Notes: generated by a model from the sequence alone, not told the origin. A stretch of 64,000 nt of DNA from Octopus sinensis (GCF_006345805.1 NW_021833253.1:1-64000), one strand, 5' to 3'; counted from the stretch's first letter, positions 35,697-48,926 are shown. Numbers and translations: made by a program.

Positions 35697-36200
35697 GAAC
35701 GCAAACCCCAATATCAGCAGCGGGGCCCGGCAACATATGCTGGTTTACCCCCACCGCATCATGCTGATTCCGTACCCATTTGAACAACATTAAATTCACT
35801 CATCCGTCCACACAAACACTCTCCAAGCTTTCCTGTCCTTTTTAAACTCACTTACCTCTCTCACTCCAACACCTCTAGCCACAAAAGCTTTCCTCACTTC
35901 ATCCATCCACACAAGCCGGGGTCTGCCTCTCGTTCTGCTGCCTACCACTTCTGACTTCATCACCCACCTTACCATCCACTCCATGTGGCCAAACCACCTC
36001 AATATTCGTCTATCCACTTTGGCTGCTAGCTTTTCTCTCATTCCTGCTTGCCTTCACACCTCCTCATTGCTCATCTTGTCCGTCTGAGTCACACCAACCA
36101 TAGCCCTCACACATCTCGGCTCAACACACCTAGTCGCCTCTTTTCTGCCTCTCTCACACTCCACATCTCTGTAATCATATAACATTGTTGGTGCAATCAC
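35697..36200 (-). mobile_element. RTE LINE 3' fragment (different family)
   Basis: LRWFGHMEWM...VVGSRTRGRPRLVWMDEV...DRKAWR. Confidence 0.8.
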
Positions 36201-36489
36201 ACAACAGCAAAATATTTGAAACTGAAACAATGGTTGTTAATTATGAATCAACAAAATTGTTGACTCTATGACATACATTCAGCCATTCTACATCATAAAC
36301 CCCATCGCCTCCCTCATTTTACCGCCCTCTATTTAGGTTTCCATTGGTCCGTTCAAAATACCACACTCCGAGAATAATTTTCTCATCAAGCTTTAACAAA
36401 GTAAACGAAAATATAACTAGAAAATAACATAGAATTAGAATTTGAATCAGCAGCGGGCTGCATGAAAATATTAAGTTGGCCGCAATGTG

Positions 36490-36570
36490 GCCCATGGTCG
36501 ACAAGTTTTTCCCACGAGATTTCCAGAACCCAGTAACGAACTCATTTGCATACAGCCAATCAAAGCTCAC
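36490..36570 (+). promoter_or_regulatory. Octamer plus CCAAT module, copy 1 (copy 2 at ~36955-37030)
   Basis: TTTTTCCC(C)ACGAG...ATTTGCATACAGCCAATCA; ATTTGCAT at 36544-36551 and 37002-37009. Confidence 0.4.
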
Positions 36571-38291
36571 TTTGGAAATCCACATACTGTATATTACTGT
36601 ACAGTCAGTCAGGCATAGAAAGGTGTATGCCACTCTGTGAGTACAGCATAGCAGGTCTCACATAAGCACCACATTCCACCCACCACCACCATCCTCATAG
36701 ATCAATTCAGCATCCTCTCTATATAGAGCTTAACATAACATACCTACACTCAGAATGTATGGACCTATTTATATATGCCAAGAGGGTGCACAATGACGCA
36801 ACGCCATATTGATTACGATGTTCCCACATCAACACCAACATTTTAAATTAGGAATGTACAAAATCAGTCAAAAAATTAGGAAACTACACTCATTTACATT
36901 TTCTAGTAAATTACACAAATTGGCAACACTTGCGGGCATCATCGGTTAACAGATTGCGAAATTTTTTCCCCACGAGAGTTCCGGACCCCAGTTATGAACA
37001 CATTTGCATACAGCCAATCAGAGCTCAGCTATCAAAATAGTTTATAAGCACATAACAAGTGATGGCCGATAAGATAAGGTCACTTGGGCAAGGAACGACT
37101 GTTTCTTTTCTCTTTTAATAATGCTTGTTGTTCTGGTTCTTTTTCCAACCATGGCTGCCTCTGTAACTGTGTTGTTGTTTACTTTGTAAAACAGTAAGGG
37201 GGCAGGGTTGCTGGCACATCACCCTCTACCCACATTTTCCCCATCCACATCTTTACCACATGGGACCCTAACAAAATCCAATAATAGGTATAGATACAAA
37301 TCTATCTAATTACTTGTCTCCTTCTCAAATCGGGCATAACTTGGCGATCGGTCGACTTAACAACTTAACACCACCGTTCTTAGACTCGAGTTTACTTGGT
37401 AGAGTATGTTTTGCCAAGAGATTGGTTGTTTTTAAAACATTCATGAATGTTACGACAAGGCCAAGGTGAGCTCTGATTGGTTGTATGAAAATGAGTTCAT
37501 TACTGGGTTCCAGAACTCTCAAGGGAAAAAAACAAATTTGCCTGCAGACCTCAGGTTGGACATCTCTAGTCTATGTGATCCCCCAAATGTTTTAATCTGC
37601 TAACATAGTCAAAATATTTTTATACGTACACAATAGTAATCACCTTTTACTGCCTTCTTAGCATCAGTCTGTTATCTTATCAAATTAATTTTAAAGCAAT
37701 ATTTTAATTTACTTACATTTTGAGGGAGCTGACAGAAAGGAGGAGAGAATAAAGAAACAAGAAAAGAAACGAAAGAAAGAAAACATGTAAACAGAAACCC
37801 ATGTGACATGTTACGGCCTTTTAACGCCGCACCCAAGAAATCAAAATGAAAGCAATAAAATTAAGACAGAAAATGAATCGAAGTAAAAAGATGACGTAAA
37901 AATCTTTTTACAACCCAAATTCCGATAGAGCCGTGATCAACACCTTCTGAAATGTATTTCTGGAAAATTTCACTTGGAAAAAAAAAACACACACACACCT
38001 GTATATTCTTAAAATTCAGAGAAAACAAATCCACGAAGTTATAATGTAGTAAAAAGTATTGAAATCGATTTTGTAAAGTATTTGTAAAGCAATGGAGAGA
38101 CGGGATTAAAGATATTAAATTAGGAAGATGTAAAACGAAAACTTACCTCGTCACAACTCTGAGCAAAAGTGAAACTTGAAACTTTATTTGATCGTTTTTA
38201 AGCTATTGATTGGTTTAACAACAACTTTGTATGACATCAGTGTTTTTCCCAGAAAGAAAACACTTCCCCCTCTGCCCTCTTTTAACGCAAT

Positions 38292-39319
38292 GGATCTTTT
38301 CTGGTTGATAGACGGAATTTTCTAGTTACTAAAAAATTTGAAACTCGTATACTGGTAGAATGTCTCAAAAGAAAACATTATCGTAAACAAAATTGAAAAC
38401 AAAATTGTAATTCCTAACTCAAACGTAGTTTAATTTTACGAATTTTAACCAATGAAATCGCAGCATTCAAGCTCAAATTATTTACTGCGTCTAAAAACTC
38501 ACACACACACACGTCTTATTCATACTTCTCTCTCTTCTGTCTTCTACATGTGCTAGAAATAACAGCTATATCTCTTAAATCGATGAATTTCGTCTCCCAA
38601 TAAAAATATTAACGATATTTTTTGAATATTTTCTTTATTTTTTTTTTTTACTGAAAAGGCTTCTCCCATGGTTTTGAAGGGCCAGAAACAACAAAAACAA
38701 AACAATAATATGCCTAAATCGGTCTCGAGGTTTCGCGTGGAGTGTGAGTAGTATTGTAAAAAATTTGAGAAATATTTTTTCATAAAAGGATGCCCCCAGC
38801 TTGTCGGAAGCTGTGATATAAATTGGGGAAAAAAATCCTCGACACCAGTGCGTAATTGGTACTTAATTTATCGACCCCGAAACGATGAAACATTGACCCC
38901 TCCCCCTTCTGGTTTATTTACCTTTTGTGCAAATTTGTTGCGGCAAGTGGCAAAACACGAACGTGTAATGTGTGCGTATGTGTGTGTATGTATATGACCG
39001 TTTGTATGTGTGTGTACGCTTATATATTAATTACTATGTGCTTGTGCAAATGTATATGCATGTGTTTGAGAGAGAGAGAGAGAGAGAGGGAGAGGTGTGT
39101 GTCTGTGTGTCGTGCGTCTGCTATATTTCTTTATCAATATCGATAACGCAGCAATGCTGGGATTTCATTGGTTAAAATTCGTAAAATTAAACTACGTTTA
39201 AGTTACGAATTACAATTTTGTTTAACAATAATGTTTTCTTTTGACACATTCTACCAGTATACGAAGTTTCAAATTTTTTAGTTAACTAGAAAATTCCGTC
39301 TATCAAACAGAAAAGATCC
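38292..39319. mobile_element. MITE / fold-back DNA element with ~180-bp imperfect TIRs and 3-bp TSD (AAT)
   Basis: GGATCTTTTCTG...CAGAAAAGATCC; AAT at 38289-38291 and 39320-39322; single AAT at the paralogous empty site 32874-32876. Confidence 0.88.
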
Positions 39320-40656
39320 AATTTACTTGTACGAACATTTTGTGATAAAAGTTTATTATTATTATTTACAACAGACGACATAAAGAAAACTTTTCAAAAG
39401 AAGAAAAACCTGAAATAATTTTTTTTATAGGAAAGGAAGGTGAATGTAGGTTAGAGAAGATTTCACTTTCAGTTTTGACACCTCCAGAGACTTTATCTGG
39501 TTTTCTCCAATGGTGGCCACTAGTTGGCATGTTTTTTCTTCAGTTTGTGTACGCACACACCTTGTTGACGTGTCTTTCCACAAAAATTCAGCCTGTGTGT
39601 ACACACAGACTCACACACACATAATATAATATACATTTGTAGCAGATAGGGTAGGGGGGAAGACAAGTTAAAGTTTGAAATGCTGGGATTTGAAACCGAA
39701 TCCCCATTTTCCCATAAGTCCCACACCTGTTATTCTCTCCTGTAACACTAGGAAATTTATGATAGTATACTGACTTCTTATATATATATATATTATATGT
39801 ATATATACACTCAACCAAATCAGTTTTCCTTCTCTTTGGTCAAGGGTGCTTACCGAAAGAGCCTCTAACTTTCCAATTTCAAGTATGGTGTATCAGGCAC
39901 AACACAAACCTTACTCTTTCTATCTATCTATATTCTATTAGCCTGTCTCTCTGCAGTGGTTACACACAGATGAAGATAACTAATATACACGATGGACAAT
40001 ACAAAATGGGCCATAGTGGCTAATAACAAGTGTATACAAACAATCCTACATTGTAACAAACGTAATAATCTTCTAGTATATATGTCACAGTATCTGTGCG
40101 TATATTGACTAATGCATACATTTCCGAAGTTTGCGACCGATTTTCTCCAAACTTAGCACACACATTTGTCATGTCCCAAGGATAGTTATGCACTATAACA
40201 TTTTGTCCAGAACTCCCACGTAATGGACATATTTTTAAAAATCTTTATTATAAAAGTGAAAGGATTTTGTCTATTTACTTCGACTGTCCATCTGTGCAGT
40301 GACTCAGTCAGGAAAAGGATTTGGATGCTGTTCTGTTTTCATGTAAATGTTTGGCTGTTCCAGAGCAACAGCCATGCCATCACCCACGACAATGCTGCAA
40401 GCATGCTGGTATGCCTCAAAAGCCATCTCAGAGGCTTCCCAGCGCCCCTAACTTTTCAAACTAAGGTGGTGAATTGTTTTGGTTTTTCTTTTTCTTTCTC
40501 GTTTTCTTTTCAATTTTTTTTCAGTTGTGTTCTTTGTTTTTCCAGTTTTTTAATTATTGAGCATTATTGAAATAAAAGTGCTTATATAGCAGCAAAAAAA
40601 AACGAAAAAAGAAATTTTAAAGATTTATCCAAGAAACCTTATTTAGCTGAAATTTC

Positions 40657-42327
40657 GGATCTGTTCAGTTTCGCGTATGGATTTCTTAAATTTTTTAACT
40701 AAACAGTTTGAAACTTCATATATACTGGTGGAATTTCTCACCCATTACATGTGTAAGTAATACGATCGCACGTGATCGCATTCTTAACGAATTAAGATAA
40801 GCCATTAGTACAATTTTATACAATGCAGTGCCAACAGAATTTAGATGAATTGACGACGAGCCGTTCCACCGTTTGAGAGATGATATTATTTTATTTACAA
40901 TGGGTTAATGTTAGAAGGTTGTGAGGGCTAGCAAGCGTTGTGTATGTGCATGCAACACGTGTTTGTGTCTGTGTGTTCGTGTGTGTGACAGATACAATAA
41001 GGGTGAATGCGTGTGGCATAGTAGGTACAGAGCATAGAGTTAATGGTGGAAATTGATTTACTGTTCATGAGGTACACGAAGCGTAAGAGTTCAATATCAA
41101 GATGTTGTGTCTCGGAGCTGAGATTAGTTGAATCACTTGTTGTGCTTATCTTTCTCTTGATATAGATATTCTTTCAGATATATATACTGCAACTGGTTTC
41201 CGTGGTGAGATTTTCACCTAACAGCATGAGTTGAATCTGTAGTTATCTTGTGTACAAGTTAAATCTTCGTAGATAGAGACGATGTTGGCGATGACGTTAT
41301 GTCTGTCGCTTGGTTTACTATAGCGTCTTCATATCATTTTTGCTTGGTTATTTTTCTCTTGATATAGATATTCTTTCAGATATATATACTGCAACTGTTT
41401 TTCCGTGGTGAGATTTTCACACTAACAGTATGAGTTGAATCTGTGAAGTTGGTGTGTACATGTCTGAAGTGGACGATGGTGATGGCGACTTGAAGTTGGT
41501 ACAATGATGGTGACGACGGTGGCGGAGATAGAAATTGGTTTTCTGTTGGTTGCGGGTGTACATTAGCGTCGTCGTGGCTGATCGTCTGTCGCTGTGACTG
41601 GAACATGTTGAGTAAGCTCTGTGGTCAGAGCTTAGCCCTTATAAGGACTGGAACCAAAGACGCAAGTATACTGAAAACACTCCCTTATATACAAGTAAGG
41701 TGGCTCAACAGAGCCTAGGAAATGGGACCTTAACCAAAGGCCGTGATTGGTTGGCTTTGGCCAGTGGCGCGAAGTAAGTAGGGAGAAAGACCGCGCTTAG
41801 ATGCCAACCAATCAAAATAGTGGACACAACAGGGCTAAACTAGCCAAAGATGTTTGTAATCTCAAACGAGATCATTCTTAATATTTCTCTCAAACGGTGA
41901 AGATAGCAATGAAGAAAACAATATTGCTACACATGCTTTACTTTGAACATTTTTGACAAAATTCCGTATTTTAGAAGTCATTTCGTGTTAAAGTTGTCAT
42001 ATTTGGGTAACTCAGACCAATCAATGGCGTGTATTCAGTTGAAGAAAGCTACTGCTGTTTGCGATAAAACTGATAAAGGTGGCACCGTCTCCGCTCAACA
42101 TACAAATAGAACAGAGCTGTGACATTTAGTAGAGATGACCCAGAAATTGTTCCTTTTCTATTACTATCGCAAATTTAATATGAAATAACTTCTAAAATAG
42201 ATAATTTTGTCAAATATGTTCAAAGTAAACCATGTTCTAGGTGAGAAATTCCACTGGTATACAAAGTTTCAAACTCTTTCGTTAAAATAGATTAATAAAA
42301 AAAATCTGAGCCAAATTCAGCTGATCC
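40657..42327. mobile_element. Related GGATC-terminated MITE with long imperfect TIRs, interrupted by a solo LTR
   Basis: The left arm (40657-40751 plus 41936-~42000) mirrors ~42170-42327 and shares the TTTGAAACT..TATACTGG..GAAT.TCTCA motif with 38292-39319; TSD not recognisable. Confidence 0.65.
40752..41931. mobile_element. Solo LTR (1180 bp), probably Gypsy
   Basis: TGTAAG...GCTACA termini, 4-bp TSD CATG (40748-40751, 41932-41935), internal ~100-bp direct duplication (41150/41355), CCAAT and TATA-like motifs. Removing it rejoins the host MITE arm. Confidence 0.8.
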
Positions 42328-43182
42328 ATTATTTTTAGCACAAGACAATTGTATCTCTGGTAATTTTCTTTCATGTAAATAAATATTTACGTTAATTTAA
42401 AAGATTTTCCAAATTCGTTGTACGTACATAGTTTCTTTGTATGTAGGGTCTTCCATACTTTCTTCATATATATATTATATATATTGGCATATATTGGCAT
42501 TAGAGAATATTTTTGACTGTGATTAAACTGACTAGGAACATTGTACGTGATGAATATCCATACAATCTTAATCTCCGTATATAAGCTGCATTAAACTGAG
42601 GCAAGCTTACATTTACCTATTCTGTGTTACTTGAAAGGTGACGTTCTTTTTCCTCTCTTCTATTTGTTAATAAGTTTGTTTACCTACTACTGTATTGTTT
42701 CACTTGAAGAATGCTTATTTACCCATCCATTATAATATTTCGACTGTTGTCCATTGTCTCAAATATGTTTTAGCATCGTCATTCTAGCCTTATTTAAACA
42801 ATCACATTTGATTCGCCCCAAAGAATCAACCTTTAAATAAGAGTTTTGCTTTCACTAGCAAAAGTTATAGGTATCTTTCAGAAAGCTCCATACCAATTTC
42901 ACTTTATGGGCAGGATATGTGGGAAGAGAGAATAAAGGGGATTTTGTGGACTTAGAATAGAATCGATAACCACTTGGTACACTAAAACCAACTTTCCTTC
43001 CCCGGATAATACAAGCATTCCACCTAAAAAGAGAGAACGCATTGGGAGAAAGTCTTCTGCAGCAGCGCTGGCAAACAAAGAATACTAAAGACCAGAGGTC
43101 CTGTACACTGTTGAAAAGAGCTGCAACTACTCCAGGGCTGCGTGAAACTTATCGAGAGCGTGCTGCTACAGCAACGACCGTA

Positions 43183-43679
43183 GAAAGCCCACAAAAGAGT
43201 GCTCTCTGTCAGGCACACAACACTGCATCCAATTCTGCCATCAGGGCCTCAGGAGAGCGCGCTATCCGTCGGGCTCACAACGATGCATACACTTCTGCCA
43301 TGAGGGCCTAAGAAGCCTCAGAAGAGGGTGCTATCCATTAGGCACATAATGCTTCGTTCACTTCTGCCATGAGGGCCTAAGAAACCTCAGAATAGAGTGC
43401 TATCTGTCGGGCTCACAACGCTGCATTCACTTTTGCTACGAGGGCATTAGAAGCCTCAGAAGAGAGTGCTACCGTCGGGATAACATCGCTGCATCCACAC
43501 CTGCCAAGAGGGCCTAAGAAGCCTCAGAAGATAGTGCTATCCATTCGCCACATAATACTGCATCCACCTCTGACATGTGTGCCTAAGAAGCCTAAGAAGA
43601 GGGTGCTATCCGTCGGGCACACATCGCGGCATACACTTCTGCCATTAGGGCGTAAGAAGCCACAGAAGAGAGTGGTATC
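43183..43679 (+). repeat. 69-bp (23-codon) tandem array, left block (~7 units), STPR-like
   Basis: GCTATC recurs at 43261, 43330 and 43399; consensus translation EASEESAIRRAHNDASTSAMRA*. Confidence 0.9.
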
Positions 43680-46600
43680 TGTTATATAATCATCACAACA
43701 AACATGAACAATCAACGTCGCCCATTGTCTCCCTTGATAAAAGGACTTTCACTTTGTTTCCCGCCAAAACAATTAACTTGTACAACAACGGCAGTCGAAT
43801 AAAGTATCTTGTATCGTCAACACGTTGTTTCAGTCTCTCTCATTTTCTTAATCTTTCATACTAAATACTCACTACTTCCTTTAATACACAATAATTATAT
43901 TTATATAACAACAACATGGTGTCAGAATACTAAAAGAACCCAAAATACAGAAACCAAAGGAAAAAAGAAGTTGAAATCATACTTCAAAGACGAAATGGAA
44001 AATTTACCGCATCCAAAAGACCTAGACTTTAATCAGGAAAATCTAGCCGCAGCATGGAAAAAGTGGAAAAAAGAATTCAATCTCTTTTTGATAGCAACAG
44101 AAAGTGACATGAAGCCAGACAAAGTAAAAACTTCAATGTTTTTAACTTGCATCGGTTCTAAAGGCCGAGATATCCATTCCACACTGGATTTCGATTCACT
44201 CGACGAAGAAATGAACCTTCAGACAGTAATCGAAAAATTCGATGCATATTGTGAACCCAGGAAAAACATAACTTTCCTAAGACACAAATTCTTCACATGT
44301 GGACAAGCGGAACATCAAAAATTCGATGAGTACGTAGTAGAGTTGCGCCAAAAGGCACAACAGTGCGAATTCGGCAACCCACAGACAGTCTCACCAAAGA
44401 TATTCTGATATGTGGAATCAGAGACATGAGATTAAGAGAAAGATTATTGAGAGAACCAAATTTAGACCTACAAAAAACAATTCAAGCAGGTCAGAGTGCA
44501 GAGCAAACACGACTCCAATCAAGGATGCTAAATGCCACATCCGAAACAAGAGATAACGAAATCTCGAGGGTATATAGTCAACACGACAGAAAAGGCGCCA
44601 AAACCCAAATAACCCGCCATATGCAATCCAGACATCAAAAACGACAAGGCGGAAGTGACAGAAAGCCCGCGAAGTTTCAAGCGCCAAGTCAACACTACGT
44701 CACTAACTGTCACTATTGTGGTTATAATCACAAAAGAAATAAATGCCCAGCATTTCACAAGACATGTGAAAAATGCAAGAAACAAGGACACTATGCAAAA
44801 ATGTGCAAATCAAGAAAATTTGTACATAAAGTAGAGATACATACCGACGATGAATCAGATGACGATACACATGCACTCGAAATGATCACTGCAAATAATT
44901 CCCGCGTGCACAAAATCGAAAAGTTCAAGACTCCAAAAGACATTTGGACGGTCGAACTAAAAGTGAACAACTCGAATGTAACATTCAAAATAGATACAGG
45001 AGCAGACGTAACCGTACTGCCATTCAGAGAATATAGAAATATAATTCCAAAACCACAACTGCAAAAAACTTCAACTCGATTATCAGCTTATAATAACACA
45101 GCTATAAAAGTGCTAGGAAAATGCACAGCAGTCATAAATACAAAGAATTATCAAAGCAAATAAAATTCATTGTTGCAAAAACAAACTCGCACGCAGTTAT
45201 AGATGCAAAGACAGCTAAAGATCTGAACCTGATTCAGAGAATTTCAAAAATAAATTCGTCGAACACAAAAGACATATTAGAAAAATATGAAGACTGTTTC
45301 GGAGAAATCGGCACTTTGTCAATAACACATCATATCACAGTGGATCCACAAATAACTCCTGTAATTCATCCACCAAGATCGGTTCCTTTTTCTATAAAAG
45401 AAAAACTCAACAAAGAATTAAAAAGAATGACAGAATTAGATATCATAAAACCTGTTAGTGAACCTACAGACTGGGTAAATTCCCTAGTCATCGTTGAAAA
45501 ACCAACGGAAAACTCCGACTCTGTTTAGACCCCAAGAATCTAAACAAAGCCATAAAAAGGCAACATTTCAAACTCCCTACAGCGGAGGACATTTTTGCAC
45601 AAATGCATAACCCTAAATATTTTTCAAAACTCGATGCATCTAATGGATACTGGCAAATTCCAGTTGACGAAGAAAGCTCCCATCTTTTAACGTTCAACAC
45701 ACCTTTTGGAAGGTATCGCTTCACACGACTACCCTTTGGAATTCACAGCGCCAGTGAAGTTTTCCAAAAAGAAATTTCAAAAATAATAGAGGGCATAGAA
45801 GGAGCAAGAAATTCACAGGATGACATCATAATCTGGTCCAACACTTTAGAAGAACACACAAATAGACTACAACAAGTTTTCGATCGAATCCGAAAGCACG
45901 GATTAAAGTTAAATAAATCAAAGTGTATCTTCTATGAATCACAAATCAAGTACCTTGGGCATATATTAACCAGCGAAGGGATAAAACAAGATCCAACCAA
46001 GGTACAAGCAATCATTCACATGCCACTGCCAACAAGTAAAAAAGAATTACAAAGATTCCTAGGTATGACAAATTACCTATGTAAATTTTTATCTAATTAC
46101 TCCGAAGTCACAGCACCATTGCGCCAGCTTCTACAGAGTGACACGTTATGGTCATTCGACAAACCACAAATCGAAGCAATAAAAAAGCTAAAAGAAATGA
46201 TTACCAGAAAACCAGTGCTACAATTTTATGATCCAGATCTACCAATAAAAATAACTACAGATGCTAGTAAGCATGGGCTCGGAGCGATACTTGAGCAGAA
46301 ACACAACGAAAGATGGCTACCTGTTTCGTTTGCATCTCGTGCAACAACTCAAGCGGAACAAAACTACTGTCCGATAGAGAGCGAAGCTCTCAGTATAGTT
46401 TTCGCATGCAAGAAATTTCATCAGTTTATATACGGAACTCATTTCAGAATCGAAAATGACCATAAACCGTTGAAGCAAATATTCAAAAAATCGATCACTA
46501 AATGCCCCCCCAGAATCCAAAGATTTCTACTAACATTACAAAGATATGATTTTGACCTAAACCACATACCTGGTAAAGAATCAATTGTTGCAGATACCCT

Positions 46601-48201
46601 ATCACGTGCATACCTTGAGCAAAATACTCCAGAAGTATCAGACGAAGATATGAAATCGCACATTCATGCAGTAATAAAAAATTACCCCATAACCGACACT
46701 AAATTAAAAGAGTATAAAGAAGCCACTGCAGACGACCCGTCTCTACAGACACTCGTCACATATACAAGAACAGAATGGCCCCCAAAAGACAAAATACCAA
46801 TAAACATCAAACCATTCGTATCCGTTCGTGATGAAATATCAATCGTCAATGGTCTCGTTCTAAAAGGTTCAAGAATAATTGTACCTAAGTCATTACGTAG
46901 AGAAGCTCTACAGGAAATACATACCGGACACATGGGTATCGAAAAATGCATAGAGAGAGCGAAGGAATGTATATACTGGCCCGGCATTAACGCTCAAATC
47001 AAAGACATGATTAACACATGCTCATACTGCATTGACTACAAAAATCAACAAGCAGCCGAACCACTAATAAATCATGAAATACCTACTACACCATGGACCA
47101 AAGTGGGTACAGACGTATTTCACCTGTCTGGAAATTCGTATGTCACAATTATTGACTATACAACAAGATTTTTTGATCTACACGAAATAAATGATTGCCA
47201 GTCAAAAACCGTAATCAAAAAATTAAAAGAAACTTTTGCTAAATTCGGAATTCCGCAAACAGTTGTAAGTGACAACGGTCCAGAATTCAATTCGGCTGAA
47301 TTCAAAAAATTTGCAAAAAATTGGCATTTTCATCACACGAAGACAAGCCCGCATTATCATCAAGCGAATGGCATGGTTGAGAGAAATATACAGACAATAA
47401 AAAAGACGCTAAAAAAGGCATTCAAAAGTGACGAAGAACCTCAGTTAGCGCTCTTAGCATTACGCACGACTAAATTACAAAATGGTGCACCATCCCCTGC
47501 AAATCAAATAATGAATAGAACATTGCGAACAAATCTCCCAAACATACTACACGACAAAATTGGTATCAGGCCTCACGAAAAGAAGAAATCAAACATTACA
47601 ACAGAACTCCCAGAGTTAAAACCACACGACACGGTTAGAATTAAGTTTAACAACAATTGGTTTAGAAGGGGCAAAATAATTAAAAAACTAGAGCAACCTC
47701 GTTCATACTTAGTAATAACAGAGGAAGGAAATACAGTCAAACGAAATAGACAACATATTCTTAAAACAAACGAACACGTTCGCATAACAGAAGAATTAGA
47801 TTATGAAAATATATTTCCAAAGTCAACAAACACGCATGAAAAAACAAAAACAGCACAACTACAGAATTCAACACTACAAAATAATAAAACCACAAAAAGT
47901 GGACTACGAATAATTATTCCCTGTAGATACAGATGATAAAAAAAAAGAAAAAAAAAAGGAAGATGTTATATAATCATCACAACAAACATGAACAATCAAC
48001 GTCGCCCATTGTCTCCCTTGATAAAAGGACTTTCACTTTGTTTCCCGCCAAAACAATTAACTTGTACAACAACGGCAGTCGAATAAAGTATCTTGTATCG
48101 TTAACACGTTGTTTCAGTCTCTCTCATTTTCTTAATCTTTCATACTAAGTACTCACTACTTCCTTTAATACACAATACATTATATTTATATAACAACAAC
48201 A
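43680..48201 (+). mobile_element. Full-length young Gypsy LTR retrotransposon
   Basis: LTRs 43680-43916 and 47964-48201 differ by 2 substitutions and 1 indel; TSD GTATC; PBS TGGTGTCAGAA; PPT 47936-47963; gag with CCHC, protease (KIDTGAD), RT (SQDD), RNase H (TDASKHGLG), integrase (HHCC, SDNGPEF, NGMVER). Confidence 0.97.
43995..47936 (+). pseudogene. Gypsy gag-pol polyprotein with three apparent frameshifts
   Basis: Overlapping ORFs 43809-44408, 44363-45163, 45121-45528 and 45603-47936 give consecutive domains; frame changes near 44385, 45150 and 45505. Confidence 0.85.
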
Positions 48202-48926
48202 GTATCCATCGGGAACACAATGTTGCATCCACTTCTGCCATGAAGGGCGAAGAAGCCTTAGAGGAGAGTGCTAAACGTCGGCCACACAATGGTGCATTCA
48301 CTTTTGCTATAAGGATCTAAGATGCCTCAGACGAGAATGCTATCCTTCGGGCACACAACAATGCATCCACTTCTGCCATGAGGGCCGAAGAAACCTCAGA
48401 AGATAGTGCTATCCGTCGTGCACACAACGATGCATCTAATTCCGCCATGAACCTATGAAACCTCAGAATAGAGTGCTATCCTTCGTGCACGCAATGCTGC
48501 ATCCACTTTTGCCATGAGGATCTAAGAAGCCGGAGAAGGGAGTGCTATTTGTCGTCCACACAACGATGCATCCCCTTCTGCCATGTGGAGGTAAGAAGCC
48601 TTAGAAGGGAGTGCTATCCTTCTTCCACACAACGATGCATCCACTTCTGCCATGAGGGCCGAAGAAGCCGAAGAAGATAGTGCTATCCGTCTTGCACACA
48701 TCGATGCATAACCTTCTGTCATGTGGACGTAAGAAGCCTCAGAAGGGAGTGCTATCCGTCGTCCACAACTATGCGTCCATTTGTGCCATGAGGACATAAG
48801 AAACCTTAGAAGCGAGTGCTATCCCTCGTGCACACAACGATGCATCCACTTCTGCCATGAACCTATGAAGCCTCTGATGGGAGTACTATCCGTCGGGCAC
48901 ACAATGCTGCATCCACTTTTGCCATG
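48202..48926 (+). repeat. 69-bp tandem array, right block (~10 units)
   Basis: Same unit; resumes in register after the Gypsy TSD and ends at an RTE fragment. Confidence 0.9.

Noticed and set aside
43183-48926. CRISPR-like array
   Set aside because: Units are degenerate tandem repeats with no unique spacers, no cas genes, and the context is eukaryotic.
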